Assembly: GCA_002633005.1 (NCBI GenBank)
Contig: NMRA01000393.1
Span: 131,828 to 195,827, forward strand
Length of the DNA: 64,000 bases
Reading direction: 5' to 3'
Origin: Phoronis australis
Lineage: Eukaryota; Animalia; Phoronida
Numbering within the stretch: position 1 is the first letter of the stretch; every line of letters starts with the position of its first letter. A program made the position numbers and the translations under genes. The notes beneath the pieces are model-generated. The model was not told the DNA's origin and ran no database searches. It saw only the letters and a list, made by a program, of their open reading frames with translations. Positions 35,501 through 49,200 of this stretch are shown piece after piece.

Positions 35501-38110
35501 CATTTGCAATGACCCTTTGTTATTGAATTCAACTACATTTTGTTAGCCTATTTGGCCCATTTTCACCATAGCAGAACCCAGTCAATATCCAAACTTTTGG
35601 TTTGTTTAGATATTGAATAATTTGCTGTGTTGCCTAGGCTAACATATTCTACAGTTCTTTTTATTACAGAGTGTAAACTTTAGTTTTTACAGTAGCTGAG
35701 GTTTAGAAACGCATAATTCACAAATTTCGTAACCAGTGCCTGTTTTATGATGAACCCAACCATTTATCAATGATTAAGCACAACTTCATCTAAGGGATTC
35801 TGAAAGTGACTCAAGTTATTCCCAATCATATCAAAGCAATTGCTTACTTGATAAAATGAATTTCTTTTCTACTGTTGACCGTTGGAAATTGTAATTTTTA
35901 AAATGGCCACTCGTAACGCTAAAAATGCATGGAATTCATAGATAAAAACATGCATAAATTTCTCAAACATTGTCCGATTTTGATGATTCATGTTTTAATT
36001 TGCACAACTAAATAACTTTTTGCATATGAGATTCAGTTGGCATTTGGTAAGTGACCAAAAAATTTATTTTAGACCGTAACACATTCAACTCTCGAATAAG
36101 AACCTTGGTTGTGATTTAGCCGTATCGCTCCTGTATGCCTGTGGCATTTAGTGCGATGTAATATACCAAGCATACTACTAGCTATCTCTTCCACAAAATA
36201 TTTCGAAAACATAACACTGTATTCTTTGACTCGTTAGCTTTGAAATGCAGGTGTTTGATGAAAACAGAGATTTAAACAGCTGTAAATCTGTTGACATTTC
36301 TTCACTGGAAGTCGCCATGTTAGTGAACTAGTTTGACCTGACCAATAGAATGGCTTGTTTCTTGAAATCGGAACAACCAATGATATTCCAAGAATGCAGA
36401 TGGAAAAGAGCGCTGTAACAAACCCCAACCAATCTAGAGGGTCTGTGCAGGAGACTAACTGAGGCAGTTGAGTGAGTACCCACAATGCACTGGCATGAGA
36501 CACCTGTCACTCACTACGGCGGCCACGTTAGGTACTGGTGCATCACCAAAAATAAAAATAAAAATAAAAGTTAAGTAAAGTTTCAAAATATTTAGAGTTG
36601 TTTTGAATGAGAATTATTTGAGATTAGGCTTGAACTGAACAAATATGCGTTAAAATGCGTATTATGAAGCAGAAATGGTGGCTTCAAAACTCTGTTTATG
36701 TTTCATAAGCTCACAAAATAAGCGAATGTTTGGAGGTTTAATATTTGGACACATATAGTTTTGTTCCAAAGCATGTGAAATAACGTATAAAACGTAAACA
36801 GTCGGAAGATATTAAAGATTGAAGTCAATAGTAGTCTTAAAATGTCCATTATTGAATGACACATGTTCGCCCTCGGTTAAATCACCGGGCTAAGTATCCC
36901 AAATCTAGATTTGATAACCAGTAATCATCATGCACATATATCTCTAATCACGAGTCAAGGTCACACAAATGTCGCCATGGTACGTTCATTTCAGAATTGA
37001 AGACATGACCATATTCATTGTGCCTTGCACATCCCAAAGCTGTCGTTGGTAGTGTTCATAAGAATCTCAACAAAATTATTGTAGTTTCCCGGAGGAATTC
37101 TTTTACCGACAGAAATTAACTCATTTCTATTTTAGAGTGTGTACAAACTTCAAGCTTTGGTCCTCACCCAACGGAGATACTGGATTCCACAAGAATATTT
37201 GACGACTCTGAATACGGCGACCGCAAAATCACTGGAATACGGATCAGAGCAGGATCGTGGATAAACAGGTGAGTAGCGACCTCTATGGGAAGTAGAGCGG
37301 GTGGCGGCGACAGAATACATGAGCAACACTGCGGACGTGTTCGACGAGTTTTAACATCCCGTGCGATAGAAGCACAGTTACTTAGATCTGATTGTTCGTT
37401 ATTGTCATAGTTGAATTACGCATACGATATATGTAAGAACGTTTGCTGCCAATTCCTTAGTTACAACTCTGCCTGGAATTGCTTCTATGTTTTGAAATTC
37501 CACCAGGTGGCGTCGCACATCCAACAATCCCATCAATGCTATATCTGGGCTAAAGGTCAATCTAAAACAATAGAGAACTACACTATTTGGTTCTCGAGGC
37601 AATGTCTACCCCNNNCCCCCCCCCCCCCCCCTCCATTACTTTTTCTGTTGTTTGTTGTTTGCCCACTCGAGACGATAGCACCGATACCACGAATCTCAGA
37701 ATGTCCAACGAGACGATACTAAACCAAAATAACCATTCTCAAGCATGTACCTTCTCATGGGAATGCCTCGAGTAAATGAAGTAAATTTTATGTTTTCCAG
37801 AATAGGTTTGCGTTACGGTCAATACTGGATAGGCCACGGTCGGACGGATGGAGGTACTGTGCATGAAGTGATATTTCGATCTCAAGAAAGCATTGTTTCA
37901 GTTCGAATTAACACGGATACAACTCGCGTGCATCTGTTGCAGTTCACAACGAACTATCAAACGTATGGCCCTTACGGTAACGGCGGGAATATACTAAGAA
38001 GGGCCAAGATATTCATTAACATTACAGCTCCCCATACATCAAGACTTCGATACATAGGAGGGCGCATAAATGATCGTGAAGTACAGTCCATCAAGTTTCA
38101 TTTTTGTTGA
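29527..38110 (+). CDS. Putative secreted PAN/Apple-domain + jacalin-like (beta-prism) lectin, 3 exons
   Basis: Exon 29527-29869 (phase 1): hydrophobic N-terminus, DCVLLCLQADTCDTLSYNFDSGQCRHH PAN-type Cys pattern. Exon 37136-37268 (phase 1/2): FDDSEYGDRKITGIRIRAGSWINR. Exon 37801-38110: IGLRYG...LQFTTNYQTYGPYG...IGGR...IKFHFC*. AATAAA near 38165. Confidence 0.78.
31512..31750. mobile_element. hAT-like MITE with 5-bp TSD CTATC
   Basis: CAAGAGCGGATCCA...GAATCCGCCACTG; relatives at ~30998-31150 and ~35130-35364. Confidence 0.7.
34142..34412. repeat. Tandem duplication, 135-bp unit x2
   Basis: AGTATTATGAGAACTTC...GGGCAAAATAGTTAA repeated, apparently exactly. Confidence 0.9.
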
Positions 38111-38559
38111 AATGTTTTTCTCTTTCAACTGAAATTAATTACCACGTGATCAGTGAAATCTTCGAAATAAAATAATGCTCTGTAATCCTCGTCCAGCATT
38201 TAAGAAGTTTTCAAGTCTCTTTGTACAGCGTAGACTAATGGTTCATGTTGCAATTATTTTGAAAGTTTCCACCCCTCCTTGACCATCGAGCATTGCGCAA
38301 TGGTGCCTCCTACTCCTCTGAGCTCGGTTTTACTAATGAATGAAAGCAAGGGAGTGAATGAGAATCTGCCGCGAGTCTGGGGCTGTGCTCAACATTTTTA
38401 TAACATACATGTAAGAAAAATTTAAACAATTAAATTCAAAGCTGCTCTCAACCTAGCTACCGTCATGAAAAAGAATTTTTGATTTAGACCACCTGCCGTA
38501 AGGACATTGGTCTTAAATTATTTCTTAGTAAAAACAAGAGCGACTTCAGCGAACAAACT

Positions 38560-38698
38560 GCACAAGTTCATTGGTCACGGCGTGTTCAAGTTAACTAGTC
38601 GCGGCGTGCACAAGTGAACTGGTCACGGCGTGCACAAGTTAACTAGTCATGGCGTGCACAAGTTAATTGGTCACGTGCTGCAACTTAACTGGTCACGT
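38560..38698. repeat. Degenerate 24-bp minisatellite, about x5-6
   Basis: GTGCACAAGTTAACTRGTCAYGGC variants. Confidence 0.8.
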
Positions 38699-39479
38699 GC
38701 CCGTTTATATGCCGAGCACGTTCTCGAGAAATAACGAACCGTTAGTTCTTTACAAGACCAAAAATCACTTTTCATCCGAGAAAGAAACCAGTCGAGACTG
38801 GTACAGCGCGGTAAGTGGTCTAACTCAAAATGTTGTTTCTCCTATGGAGCGCGTTTTGTTTTGTATGATATGCTTTCGCTTTGTGAGCTCGTGCTGTTCA
38901 CGTTTATACTGGAAAATGCGAACTGGTGTGAGGTGATGTGAGCCGATGAGCGAGTGTTCGGTTACGGGGTTACGAATTCATTCTTGACACGAATGTGCCA
39001 CCCTTTTTAGAGACGGAAGTATTTCAATGGATGCAAATGTAAAACAAGGAAAAAAACGGCCATGAATGTCGTCATCGGGTTCCCTTCCAAGAGGTGTCCC
39101 AGAATATGAAAAGATGCTTGATTTCGAAGACAGGAAATGAGCGGCCATCATTGCTACCAGAGACTCTCCGTCACGAATTCTAAGAGCACAAAATGATACA
39201 TAATTTCAAACAGGAAATAAAGAGCGACAGTTGATTCCATCATCCCTTGCCAGGGAGGTGCCCCTGGAGAAACGGGAATTGGGGTTACCTAAAATTTGTG
39301 ATTGAATCTGAATGAATTTGGTCTGGAAAATCTGTGCTTGACAATTTGTCTTGGACTTTTAAGAAGTATGTTAAAGGATTGATAATTTCAATGATCAAAA
39401 TGACTATAGAGGCCGCTGTTTTCTTTGGGGAAAACAAGGCTGTTCAAACTTTTCTTTGGATGGAAAATATAGGTAAACG

Positions 39480-40130
39480 TTTTCTGTCTGAAAGCTGACT
39501 TTAGAAAGAGGAACTCAACGATAGACCATGTGATTACGCTTCAAGCGTTAATGTTACAACTATTTGAACAGGCAAGGGCGGTAGATGTTAAGTTACTAAC
39601 TTCTCAATAGCATTCGGTCGTGTTCATGACAATTTACTTCTTCATAGATTGAAACAAAGTGATGAACGAGGTTATTTTTTCTGTGTACATTATTCTACGT
39701 AAATTGCGCACTTGCGTGAAAATTCGAGATGGACTCATCAAGTTTATCTGCTGTGTTGTTTGCATTCGTCAACTATTTGTCTTTTGGGTTAAAATGACTT
39801 CTTGTAACAACAGGCATCGAAAAGCAATATCATATATTGTAACCAACAACAGTTTAACTCCAAGCTGTGTGTAGAAGACATGGTTTTGTCTTCCTCTGTC
39901 GCCATCAATCTACAACGTATGCTAAATTGTTTGACGGAATTCTGCGAATCTTGGGGTACGCAAAGTAAACTGAAAGAAAACCAAGGTGGTTGTGTTCAGA
40001 AATACCGGCTCCTCCTTAGACGGTATGAGAAACCGTTCTTCAGTGGAACGTCCTGTAGAAGTTGCGTCTCATTATAAGCTGTACCTTGGGATCTTTATAA
40101 TCCAAATTTCTTGTTCACAAAAACGTCACT
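39480..40130 (+). mobile_element. Highly decayed LINE reverse-transcriptase fragment
   Basis: Remnants such as DMVLSSSVAINLQRMLNCLTEFCESWG and LKKTKVVVFR across frameshifts. Confidence 0.5.
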
Positions 40131-40319
40131 TCTTTGTAGATTTCTAGTTCAAAAATGAAATTACCTAAACCTTGATGCTCATAGCGATTGTGTTAACTGT
40201 AGTTGGTTGTGTTGTCCTCTCGTGGACGCACAGTGACAATGGAGCTACGGTCATGATCAAGACGGGTCTGGATGCTATGTTTTTGAGAAATGTAGGAGAC
40301 CATATAAAAGATTTGATTG

Positions 40320-40496
40320 CAAGTCAGACAAATTGATTTTATTCAAAGAACTTTGTGGTTAGTTTGATCATAAGAAACGTATGTTAGAGGCATACAATAA
40401 TTGCCCAGTTCAGGATAGACTGTCAAAGCTGTCACCCCACTACCCTCGTAAAGTTGGTGTCCGTTGCACCGCTCCACGTTGAACGCTTGGCGACAT
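40320..40496 (-). other. Probable non-coding 3' UTR exon of the calcyphosine-like gene
   Basis: Donor G|GTAAAG one base after the TAA (43293), strong acceptor ttttatcttttttcag ending at 40497, minus-strand AATAAA near 40340. Confidence 0.5.
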
Positions 40497-41051
40497 CTGA
40501 AAAAAGATAAAACAGAAGCTGATATGTGTTTCTTACCAGACTGATTTTCAAAAAAATTTTACTCAACAACAGACTTAGTCCTTTTAATTGCTTCTAAATT
40601 TGTTACCGTACATCTCCCTAAACAAGCCCAGTCGAAAATACTCCCAGGATGGTACATATTTGGTGAAATGGTGTACATTTGAATCCTGAAACTTTCCGTT
40701 GTATCACAAGAAATCGTAACACCAAAACTGTAATCGCCACCTCGTACTTGAGGCGACAACTATAAATATACAATCACATTTCAAATTGGTCATACACGTT
40801 TATTCTAAACTCCACAATTTAAACAACTGAGTGTATGTTTGGATTTGACTTTTGGTCTCCAAATTGTTATCGGATAAATGTAATGTGATTTATATGTTTG
40901 CAACCAGTAAAACCTTACAAACAGTGTAATCGAAACATGTGTATTTTTATTGATCAAAATAATATCAAATTACTATTGATTGTTTTTAAACTCTCCTTGC
41001 CCGCATACGTTTGTGCATAACCATGAGATCACAATAGCTTAAATACCATCA

Positions 41052-41855
41052 TTTATACCACAATATTAGCCTCGAATGGCAGATACAACCGTGTAATAAC
41101 CCATAAAGTTATCTCACCGACTTTACCACTACACCACTCAGAGGCTGACGTCATCGAACGTGAAAATAGAATACTTAGATGAGCACACGCAACAATCGCA
41201 TGTTCAGCAAAGGGCATTGCACCGACATTTATACGCTATGAAAAATAAGACGCATAATTTCCATAAAAACGATATTTTAATTCAGTAAAATTTTTCTCTC
41301 GTGTTCTCTCCCTTGTAAATCACCGATCTCCAATTTGAATGCAGGTGTCGTGTGATCGGGATCCTTTGACTTGAGCATTGTAGTCAGTTCCTAGTGGTAA
41401 CCTATTTTAGCAGACGATATATTCCCGGTCGAAGCTTAGCGTGGTAAAATGTGTAGTAAGCTATAATAGTTGCTAAACCGTAATTTATAGATTCACTTTA
41501 TTACTATTTTGTTTTATTTTTCAATTGGTTTTGAGTAAAAGCATTATTTTACAAAAATATCTCGGCTTTTCTTAAAAGGTCACGACCTCCGACCCCGGGT
41601 CTCTGACATAGAAAGTAGTTACAAACCCGATTCGAGTCGAGAAAGGTAGATCGATTCATTGCAATGTTTCTCGTTCAGTGTGTGGTATAAATAGATTATT
41701 ACATATTCTCAGTCGTTATCCTCCTTATCTAGATCCCTCGTGAATTTTGTAGAATTATCACCCTTGGGGCTAACCCCCCCCCCCCNGATAATTCCCCAAA
41801 ATCCACTCGGGCTCTAGATAACGGGGGATGACGATTTCGCCATGTAATAAACTAT
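41052..41855. mobile_element. Second copy of the 21962-22768 repeat, ending in a hairpin MITE (41692-41852)
   Basis: Direct sequence match; TAGATTATTACAT...ATGTAATAAACTA. Confidence 0.8.
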
Positions 41856-42459
41856 ATTTATCCCACGTGCGTTGAATGTGTAGAGGGAAATACGAACATG
41901 TAATAAAGTTTTCCGTATTCACCCCCCGCACTACTTCAACAGTGACCTCTGACATGAAAAGTTCAAGAGGTAGGTCAATGTCGACTCGACGTTTTCAGCC
42001 GGTTCGATACTCAAACATTCCAAATATAGTTTGAAGTAATACAGTTACAGCAGTGTAACTAACACTCGACATGCAACCAGGCCCTAAATTTAACATCTGG
42101 AACAAAACTGTTAATTATAAGACACTTTTGTCTCAGTTTTCAATTGCTGAATACTATATCGTCTGCAACTGAGGCGCCGATTACTAGGAAACTTAAATAT
42201 CAAATAATGTTGTTTTTAACTAGTTCCAGGAGATGTTACAAGTCCACCGCACAGTTGCCGTTGTTTTCATCTTTGTTATCTCTTTTCAAGAAATAAATCG
42301 TTACTTTCAAAACTGTTTCTTTTACAAGAGATAACAAGCAACCCAACGCGTGATCCGCCAAGTGAACAGTCTGGGTGAAGTATTTGAAAAATCTGCCGAA
42401 AAAATGTAAGAAACTTAGGAATTCGAAGCGCATGGGACAAATACAAAACGTACCTCAAT

Positions 42460-42575
42460 TGGCGTACATGAAGTAATATCCCACTCGACCTTATTATCCG
42501 CGTATCGACGGAGACAGAAGGTCGAGGTCGATACGCGAAATAATGTCTCGTGGGATATTACTTCATGTACGCCAG
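42460..42575. mobile_element. Short hairpin MITE
   Basis: TGGCGTACATGAAGTAATATCCCAC...GTGGGATATTACTTCATGTACGCCA. Confidence 0.75.
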
Positions 42576-43293
42576 TCTCGACACGTTTTATAATTTATTC
42601 AAAATAACTCTCATTTTAATCATTCTTTTACTACCATCGTTCGCTTCACACGGGTACACGTTAATAAAAATTATTAAACCAAGAAGTCTCTGTCAGCTAT
42701 CATACCCTCACATTCAGTCCCCGGTGCCTCTGACAAACCCAGTGCTCGATTTCCAAACACGCGGCTCTAAACTCCACTCACGCACCGAACAAACTCTACT
42801 TGAAAACCAAACTCCAGACCCGAGGCATTGGTCACAGATATTGATTCCCAACAAATCCCTCTTGTACTACTAATGTGTAATAGACCCCTAACAGACGTGA
42901 ACAGCTAATACCCAGAGTACAGCAGCTGTGGTCAGGTCCGTCCGAAAATCTATCCCACACTCTCCCTGATAAGAAACAGATTAAAAGACAATAGCCCCAC
43001 AATGTATGGCCACACTAAAATAGTATAGCGTGTAACAAGACAGAATGAAGTGACAAACTTCCGAATGAAAGCTATTTAAAGTACGTACGCACTTCTTGTG
43101 AATGATGTGTACAGTAATCATTGGAGTTTTTCCTACGTGATTTGGTTCAGGGTTAAATAAACCTTCTATATTTCTTTTTACTGAGATTTGTTTACAGTTT
43201 GGGGAGCACACGTGATATTTTGTAGGCAACTGCATGTATTAGTTCACTTTTAGTGATCATGTCAGAAAGTGTCCAGTTACTAAATACTTTACC

Positions 43294-46200
43294 TTACAAC
43301 TTGTAAGCGTTGCGTATAATCAGCGAGAAGTGGGCGTCATCTTCAATCGATGCACTCAAACCGGAATAGTAGTTCAAAAATTCTTCTCGTGTCACCTGAG
43401 TTAAATTGAGACACTTGATACATATGCATATTTGGCAAGGGATGGGAGTGGGGTGGGAGTGGGGTTACTTACTTAGTCTCCAGTGTAGCCAATGAAAGAG
43501 AGAGAGAGAGCCGGCGGCGATGCACTTATTGGACTTAAACGTGGTTAGCTTTAGGTTTGTTCTTAACCACGGCATGGAGTGATCAATGGCAAAAAGAGGA
43601 AATTATTCCAGGTGACGGATAGTTCCACCAAGGAATAGGTTTGCGTGATAGAAATATTTTTGTGTTATAAAATTTAACTGAAATAAACATTTTTGCGTGA
43701 TTAAAATCAAATGATGACAAAAAGACGAAAAGAGAGGAAACTGGAAATCAAGTAAGTAGAAATCGAAACCAAAAGAGAAAAATCCTCTTAAAAGAGGAAA
43801 ATTCCAAACCCTTCATAACTCCAGATGTTGAGAAATTAATGACATCTTGGCCCCATTTTCCAACAATGATCCCTGTTTCAGGCATGTTAAACGAATATAT
43901 TTTTTTCAGAAAGAATCCCTATGAAACCTGGTTTTGGTGGTGAAATTCCCCAATGTGTGCTTTACGTGATTTCTTTATTTTTGTATCCTTTATTATTGCA
44001 GTAAATCGCATTTTGGATTTCACTTAGAAGTAAAACAAGCTCTTACCTTTCCGTCAGGGTAGTTCTTGTCGTCAAAGTTACTCAGAAACTCTTCCTTCGT
44101 TCCGCCCAATTCTGTAACAAAGCATGTTAGTGTTCATGTCATTTAAGTAAATGTACAATGTAATGTAAAGCATATTAAAGGCGCGTGCTATTGTAAAGGT
44201 TTGCTTCATCTGTAGGTTATAGTGTCTTATCTTAAGTTGCAGAGGTTTGCTTTGGATCGCTCTTAGCGAACATACTTTCGAAAGATTCCCAGTAAGCAAC
44301 AGAGAACCAGCTAGTAACTCCTGAACAGATAGTAACTCCTGAACATACAGATTCAAATATGAGGATTCACTTCCTCGGTCACGGCTGATAAGTGTCTTGT
44401 TTTGTAATCTCAAATCTAAGAGCCCTTTGATACCTTAATAGAATACTAAACCATGTTAATATTTAAGCAATCGTTACGAAATAATGCAATACAATCGTCG
44501 TTAAGTTTTGAGTAAGCGTGACACTATCTATGGAGAAAGAATTTCCCCCTTTGAACCACTGGTGGCACTCTGTGGCATAGAGGAAACAACTACTAAGCCA
44601 GGGCTAAGTATCCTGTTCAAGATACTCTTTCCTTTTCATTTTAGTTAAAATTGATAAAATTTAACACAAGTTAGTTCAATGGAATGGAAACTTAAGTTCA
44701 AACAATGCTCATCGAAAACAACTATAAAAATTTTCAAACCTAACTGAATTTAATATGCACCTCCACCTAAAATGGCCACCGCAGTGAGTGACAGCTGACT
44801 CATGCATTATGGGTATATTCACTCAACTGCCATATGTAATGAGGTTTCCTCGGAAACTCGCCCACTTAATAAAAAGATTGTAAAAAATAATGGTAAAACA
44901 AGGCAAACACAAACAGGGCTGAACTTTACGAAATGTTTATATTTAGTGATATCTATCGACTGACGCAACTCATCACGTGATCTGGTAATTTGGTGAATGT
45001 AAAGGAGAGAATATGTTTAAAATGATGAGGAGTTACAGGAGACGTAGAATGAAAGCGTTTGAACCACAACTCTACTTATGATTGACCTAAGTTCAAATGT
45101 TGTTGGTCAAGACAGACACTTAATGAACGCAATTTCTTTCTTTCGTAGCCGTTCAGAAGGAAACGAATCCCACTTAAGGCCTATTAACAAATATTAAATA
45201 CGACTTTCCTATCCAGTCTTGTGAAATAATGGGAATGCTCTTTAACCCTTGCCAAACCTCAGAGGTTTGGAGCAAAATTTGAATACTCCGAAGTCCTTGC
45301 ACAGTCTGCTGAACGGGCAAGCGTGATCTACGCTTTAGGTAAGGTACGCAACGTGTGCAAGGACCATGATACCCAATTTATGACATAGAAAGTATGAAAT
45401 TTTAGTTAATCCTGCTTTTGTGAGACGCCACTGATGCATTAGCAGGTGGTACAACGACAGTTGATCGAAATCACCAAAACAGAGCTTCGCATCCTTTTAA
45501 CAATGTTTGGGATCATACGGCATCGCGAAAACAAATAACTTAAAATCCGTGAAATTCTCCGTCGAAAGTTACATGTCAACTGGAGATGACCTTGCACGGT
45601 TCCGTACAAGATATTATTTTAACATGTATGCTCTATAATGGGAAACATTTTTAAAAATTGTGCTCTTTCCTCAACTGGCAGTTATTTCAATAGACATTTT
45701 GACTGTAATCCGGCAAAAGAAATTGTAATGGCTAAAACAAACATTGTTTGGAGAAAAAAATGAGCGCATCAAAGTGCAGTTTCGCTTCTATGTATTAAAA
45801 TCGACAACTGAGAGACAAGTGGAGCCTGTCGAGAACAACAGATGGAGCCTGTCGAGAACAACAAATGTCTCGTTTATGTAACAGTTATCACTTTAGTTTG
45901 CAGATGTAATTAATAACGAGTTATAAATTCAACAGTTATTTGATGCACAAAGGTTCGTGGTTACCTATCATGACTCTATGTAAATCATCCAAGTTGATTA
46001 TGCCGTCCTTTTTCCTGTCGATTTTGTTAAATGCCTCATTTACCAATGCCTTTCGCATTTCATTCATAGAAGGCTGCAAGGAAAATAAACAACGGGCAAA
46101 TGGTTATATTGCATCAATGCATGGGCAGTGTATGCCTAGATACACTTCTTATAGTTTCTCATCGGGTATTATTTCCTTTACTGAAATTGGTATAGAAATA

Positions 46201-49200
46201 ATCGTGTTATATGTACGTGTCGGACTATCTCACGAAGAAATAAATTTAGCTCAAGTTTCTGTAAGAATTGAATTCCGTTCAACCAATGTTTTATACTCTC
46301 CTGCACTTCAGCCTGATACTCATAATACTCACCCGTACAGCTTCCAGAAGCACGTCATACGAGATGGTTCCAGATCCGTCCTTGTCCAATTGCTTAAACA
46401 CTGTCTTGGCATCTTCTTCGGTTAATCCATACTTCGTAACTCCCATTACAAGTTCATTGACATCAATTGTATAGTTTCGGTCTTTATCTATTCTGCAGAA
46501 AAACCTGCAAGATATCGAACAACTAATTAAGCGAAAAACGTCAGATTTTGAAGGTTCGAAGGTTCCCAACGTTCTCCGTTTTTTCTCGGCTTTGGAAATC
46601 GACTTAGGAACATACGTTCTTGTAGATTTCGATGAAACTTTCCAATTTGGAGTTTATTTATCAATCTCAAAAATGCTGTTAGGATGTTTTTTAAAGTCTT
46701 AGTTTTTTGTACTTTGCCATAGACGAATACGACGCTGTTATTTTTTGTTAGTTAGCTTGGCTTAGAAACAACTAAATGAGTAGTCTAAAATTCCTAACAG
46801 TGTTTTCAGACTATCGGCAAGTTTTCGTTAAAGGGTTTCATTAAAATCGACCCAAGGGTATTTGTACTATGATGAATGTACCTTTGTTAAAATAAAAATT
46901 TAACTTGAAAATGGTGGTCACGTTATAATAACAACGGCACGTAAAAGAAAAGTGTATTTATATGGTTTTTCTTCTTTCAGAAAATTTATACTGTTGACAC
47001 CGCCTATTTTTTCTGGTAATTGACGTTGAATTAACGTTCCTCAATAAGGTCTGAATTGTCCTTTAGGATTTTCTGACGTAACATGGTTCTGAAATGAGTA
47101 CTAGGCTGCAGGTGATAACCGGGAGCACGTGATTGCAGGTAGCACCAAGTAGGCGTACAATGATACCACAGTACATTTATGACGTAATGATGTGAACGCT
47201 TTGAACTGAACTCGCTGGTTCCCTGCGTGTCGCTAGGTAGGGCGCTAGCCGCGCCAGCGGGCAGGTATCACTTAATTTTCCCCGGGAATTTTTTTTACAC
47301 GGTGTTTCTGATTAGCTAGTCGAATTCGCAACAGGCAGCGCTTTACGCAAACAAACTGGCATGACTGATGGACTGAAGTGTAAATGGGGTCTGTTGTACA
47401 GACAAATCGGTGCTTAAAATTTATGTTCAGGAAATGTGAAGCCTAGAAATTGTGATTGCGACTTTTCGGTATGCATCTTTCTGCTGTCGATGACTTTTGT
47501 TTACAATACTGTCCTGTATTCATACAGTATGAATAACACACCGGTTAAATCGGCCAGATGAATGTTTATTGTACATGTATGTGCTTCAAGCACGCGGCTA
47601 TCAAAACATTACTGCAGAAACGAAATAGTTGCTGCGACGCCACTTGCAGGACAAGGCTACAAATCGTTCACAATCCGTCATTATTTCACGGTGTTGGAAA
47701 GCTAACCAATGACTAAAGCGCTTGCCACTGCGTGATACCTGCGTGGTGGCTTGGCTTAGCACGCAGGGAACAGCGAATGAAATGAACGCATTGGCCCGAG
47801 CAGGCCAACTGCGTTTGTTGGGGAATAGTCGAATCAGAGAACAGAACAAGTATAGGCGTTGTTCAAAATGAGGCACCGTAAACACTAGTGAATCCAATAA
47901 CATTTTCAAGCCCAGGGGCTGAAAATGATTCTATGGTCGCGAGAGGTTTAATTTGTCTCTCGACGGTTATGCATTACATGCCGATCACAGTTACACGGTG
48001 TTTCAATCAAATTGTTTCGTGTAGGGAAAGTTACATCACCGTTGTGAAAACATCTGAGCTTCGATAATTATTCAATATGAGCCGCCGGTTGCGTTTACTG
48101 AATCGAGCGTTGCTAACTGGCCGGGTTTGCAAGTACAAAATAAAAATTCTTACTGCCTTTTGAAATTAAATCAATTTTAGTAGCTTTTTTACAAGGACAC
48201 ACGTGAGCGCTTTAGGGAGGGGACATTTTTCCGGGGAGCGGATCATCCATATGAATAATTGCGGGACAAACATGTAAGCAGGGAGAGGATTGGGGAATTG
48301 GCGACAACCAGGATGGGAGGCCGGGGGTAGAATTCGAGGTAGAAATTAGCGACGTCTGGAGGACAGGGAGAATGGTGACGGCTGGAGGGTCCTGCGCTTA
48401 TATTTGGAGAAGCTATCATGGCACTTACCCTCGGCCTCAAGTACAGATACGCCTAGCTTTGATAGACTGTACGCAATTATTCCGTTGGACTTACGGAAAG
48501 CAATGGACTGTGTAGTGAAGGCACGAGTAAACTCCAGGGGTAAAATCTGTATAACCCAGTGTTATATGCTGCTTGTTGAACCACATGTTATGTTTTGCTT
48601 TTTGGACCAGTGTTGTATGCTGATTATTGGACCAGGGTTGCGTGCTGCTTGTTGGACCAGTGTTGTATGCTGGTTGTTGGACCACGTGCTATATGCTGAT
48701 TGTTGGACCAGTGTTATGTGCTGATTGTTGGACCAGGGTTATGTGCTGATTAATTGTTGGACCAGTGTTGCACAAATAAAAAAGTTCATCGTTCATTCAA
48801 CGTTTCGTCTATTCATTAGACATCATCAGGATAACTATAGCAAGTGTCGACATACCACTGAGTCAGTAGTATCCATGTAGTGAAATAGTAGCAAGAGATA
48901 CAAATAAGTAGGTCACGACCATAGTTGCAGGGACACTGAGCTCTGCATGGTATTCAGAGAATCAGTAGCATGCTGATCCTGAATACCCAGTGACTCTTTA
49001 CTGTACAGTAATTCCTTTATGGGTTCTCTACGGATATGACTAACTGAATTGGCTTGGTGATTGTTGCTAGCACAATACCTATAGCTGTTGATTTTGTCTG
49101 AGGCCAGTGTGATGTTCTTTCAGCCTGTCAAAGAGGCTACTCTCATTTCACTACATGGATGTGACCTGACTGGTATTCGACACTTGCTGTCTTATTGTAT

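Noticed and set aside
45940-46474. Plus-strand ORFs of 161 and 68 aa
   Set aside because: Antisense shadows of calcyphosine exons
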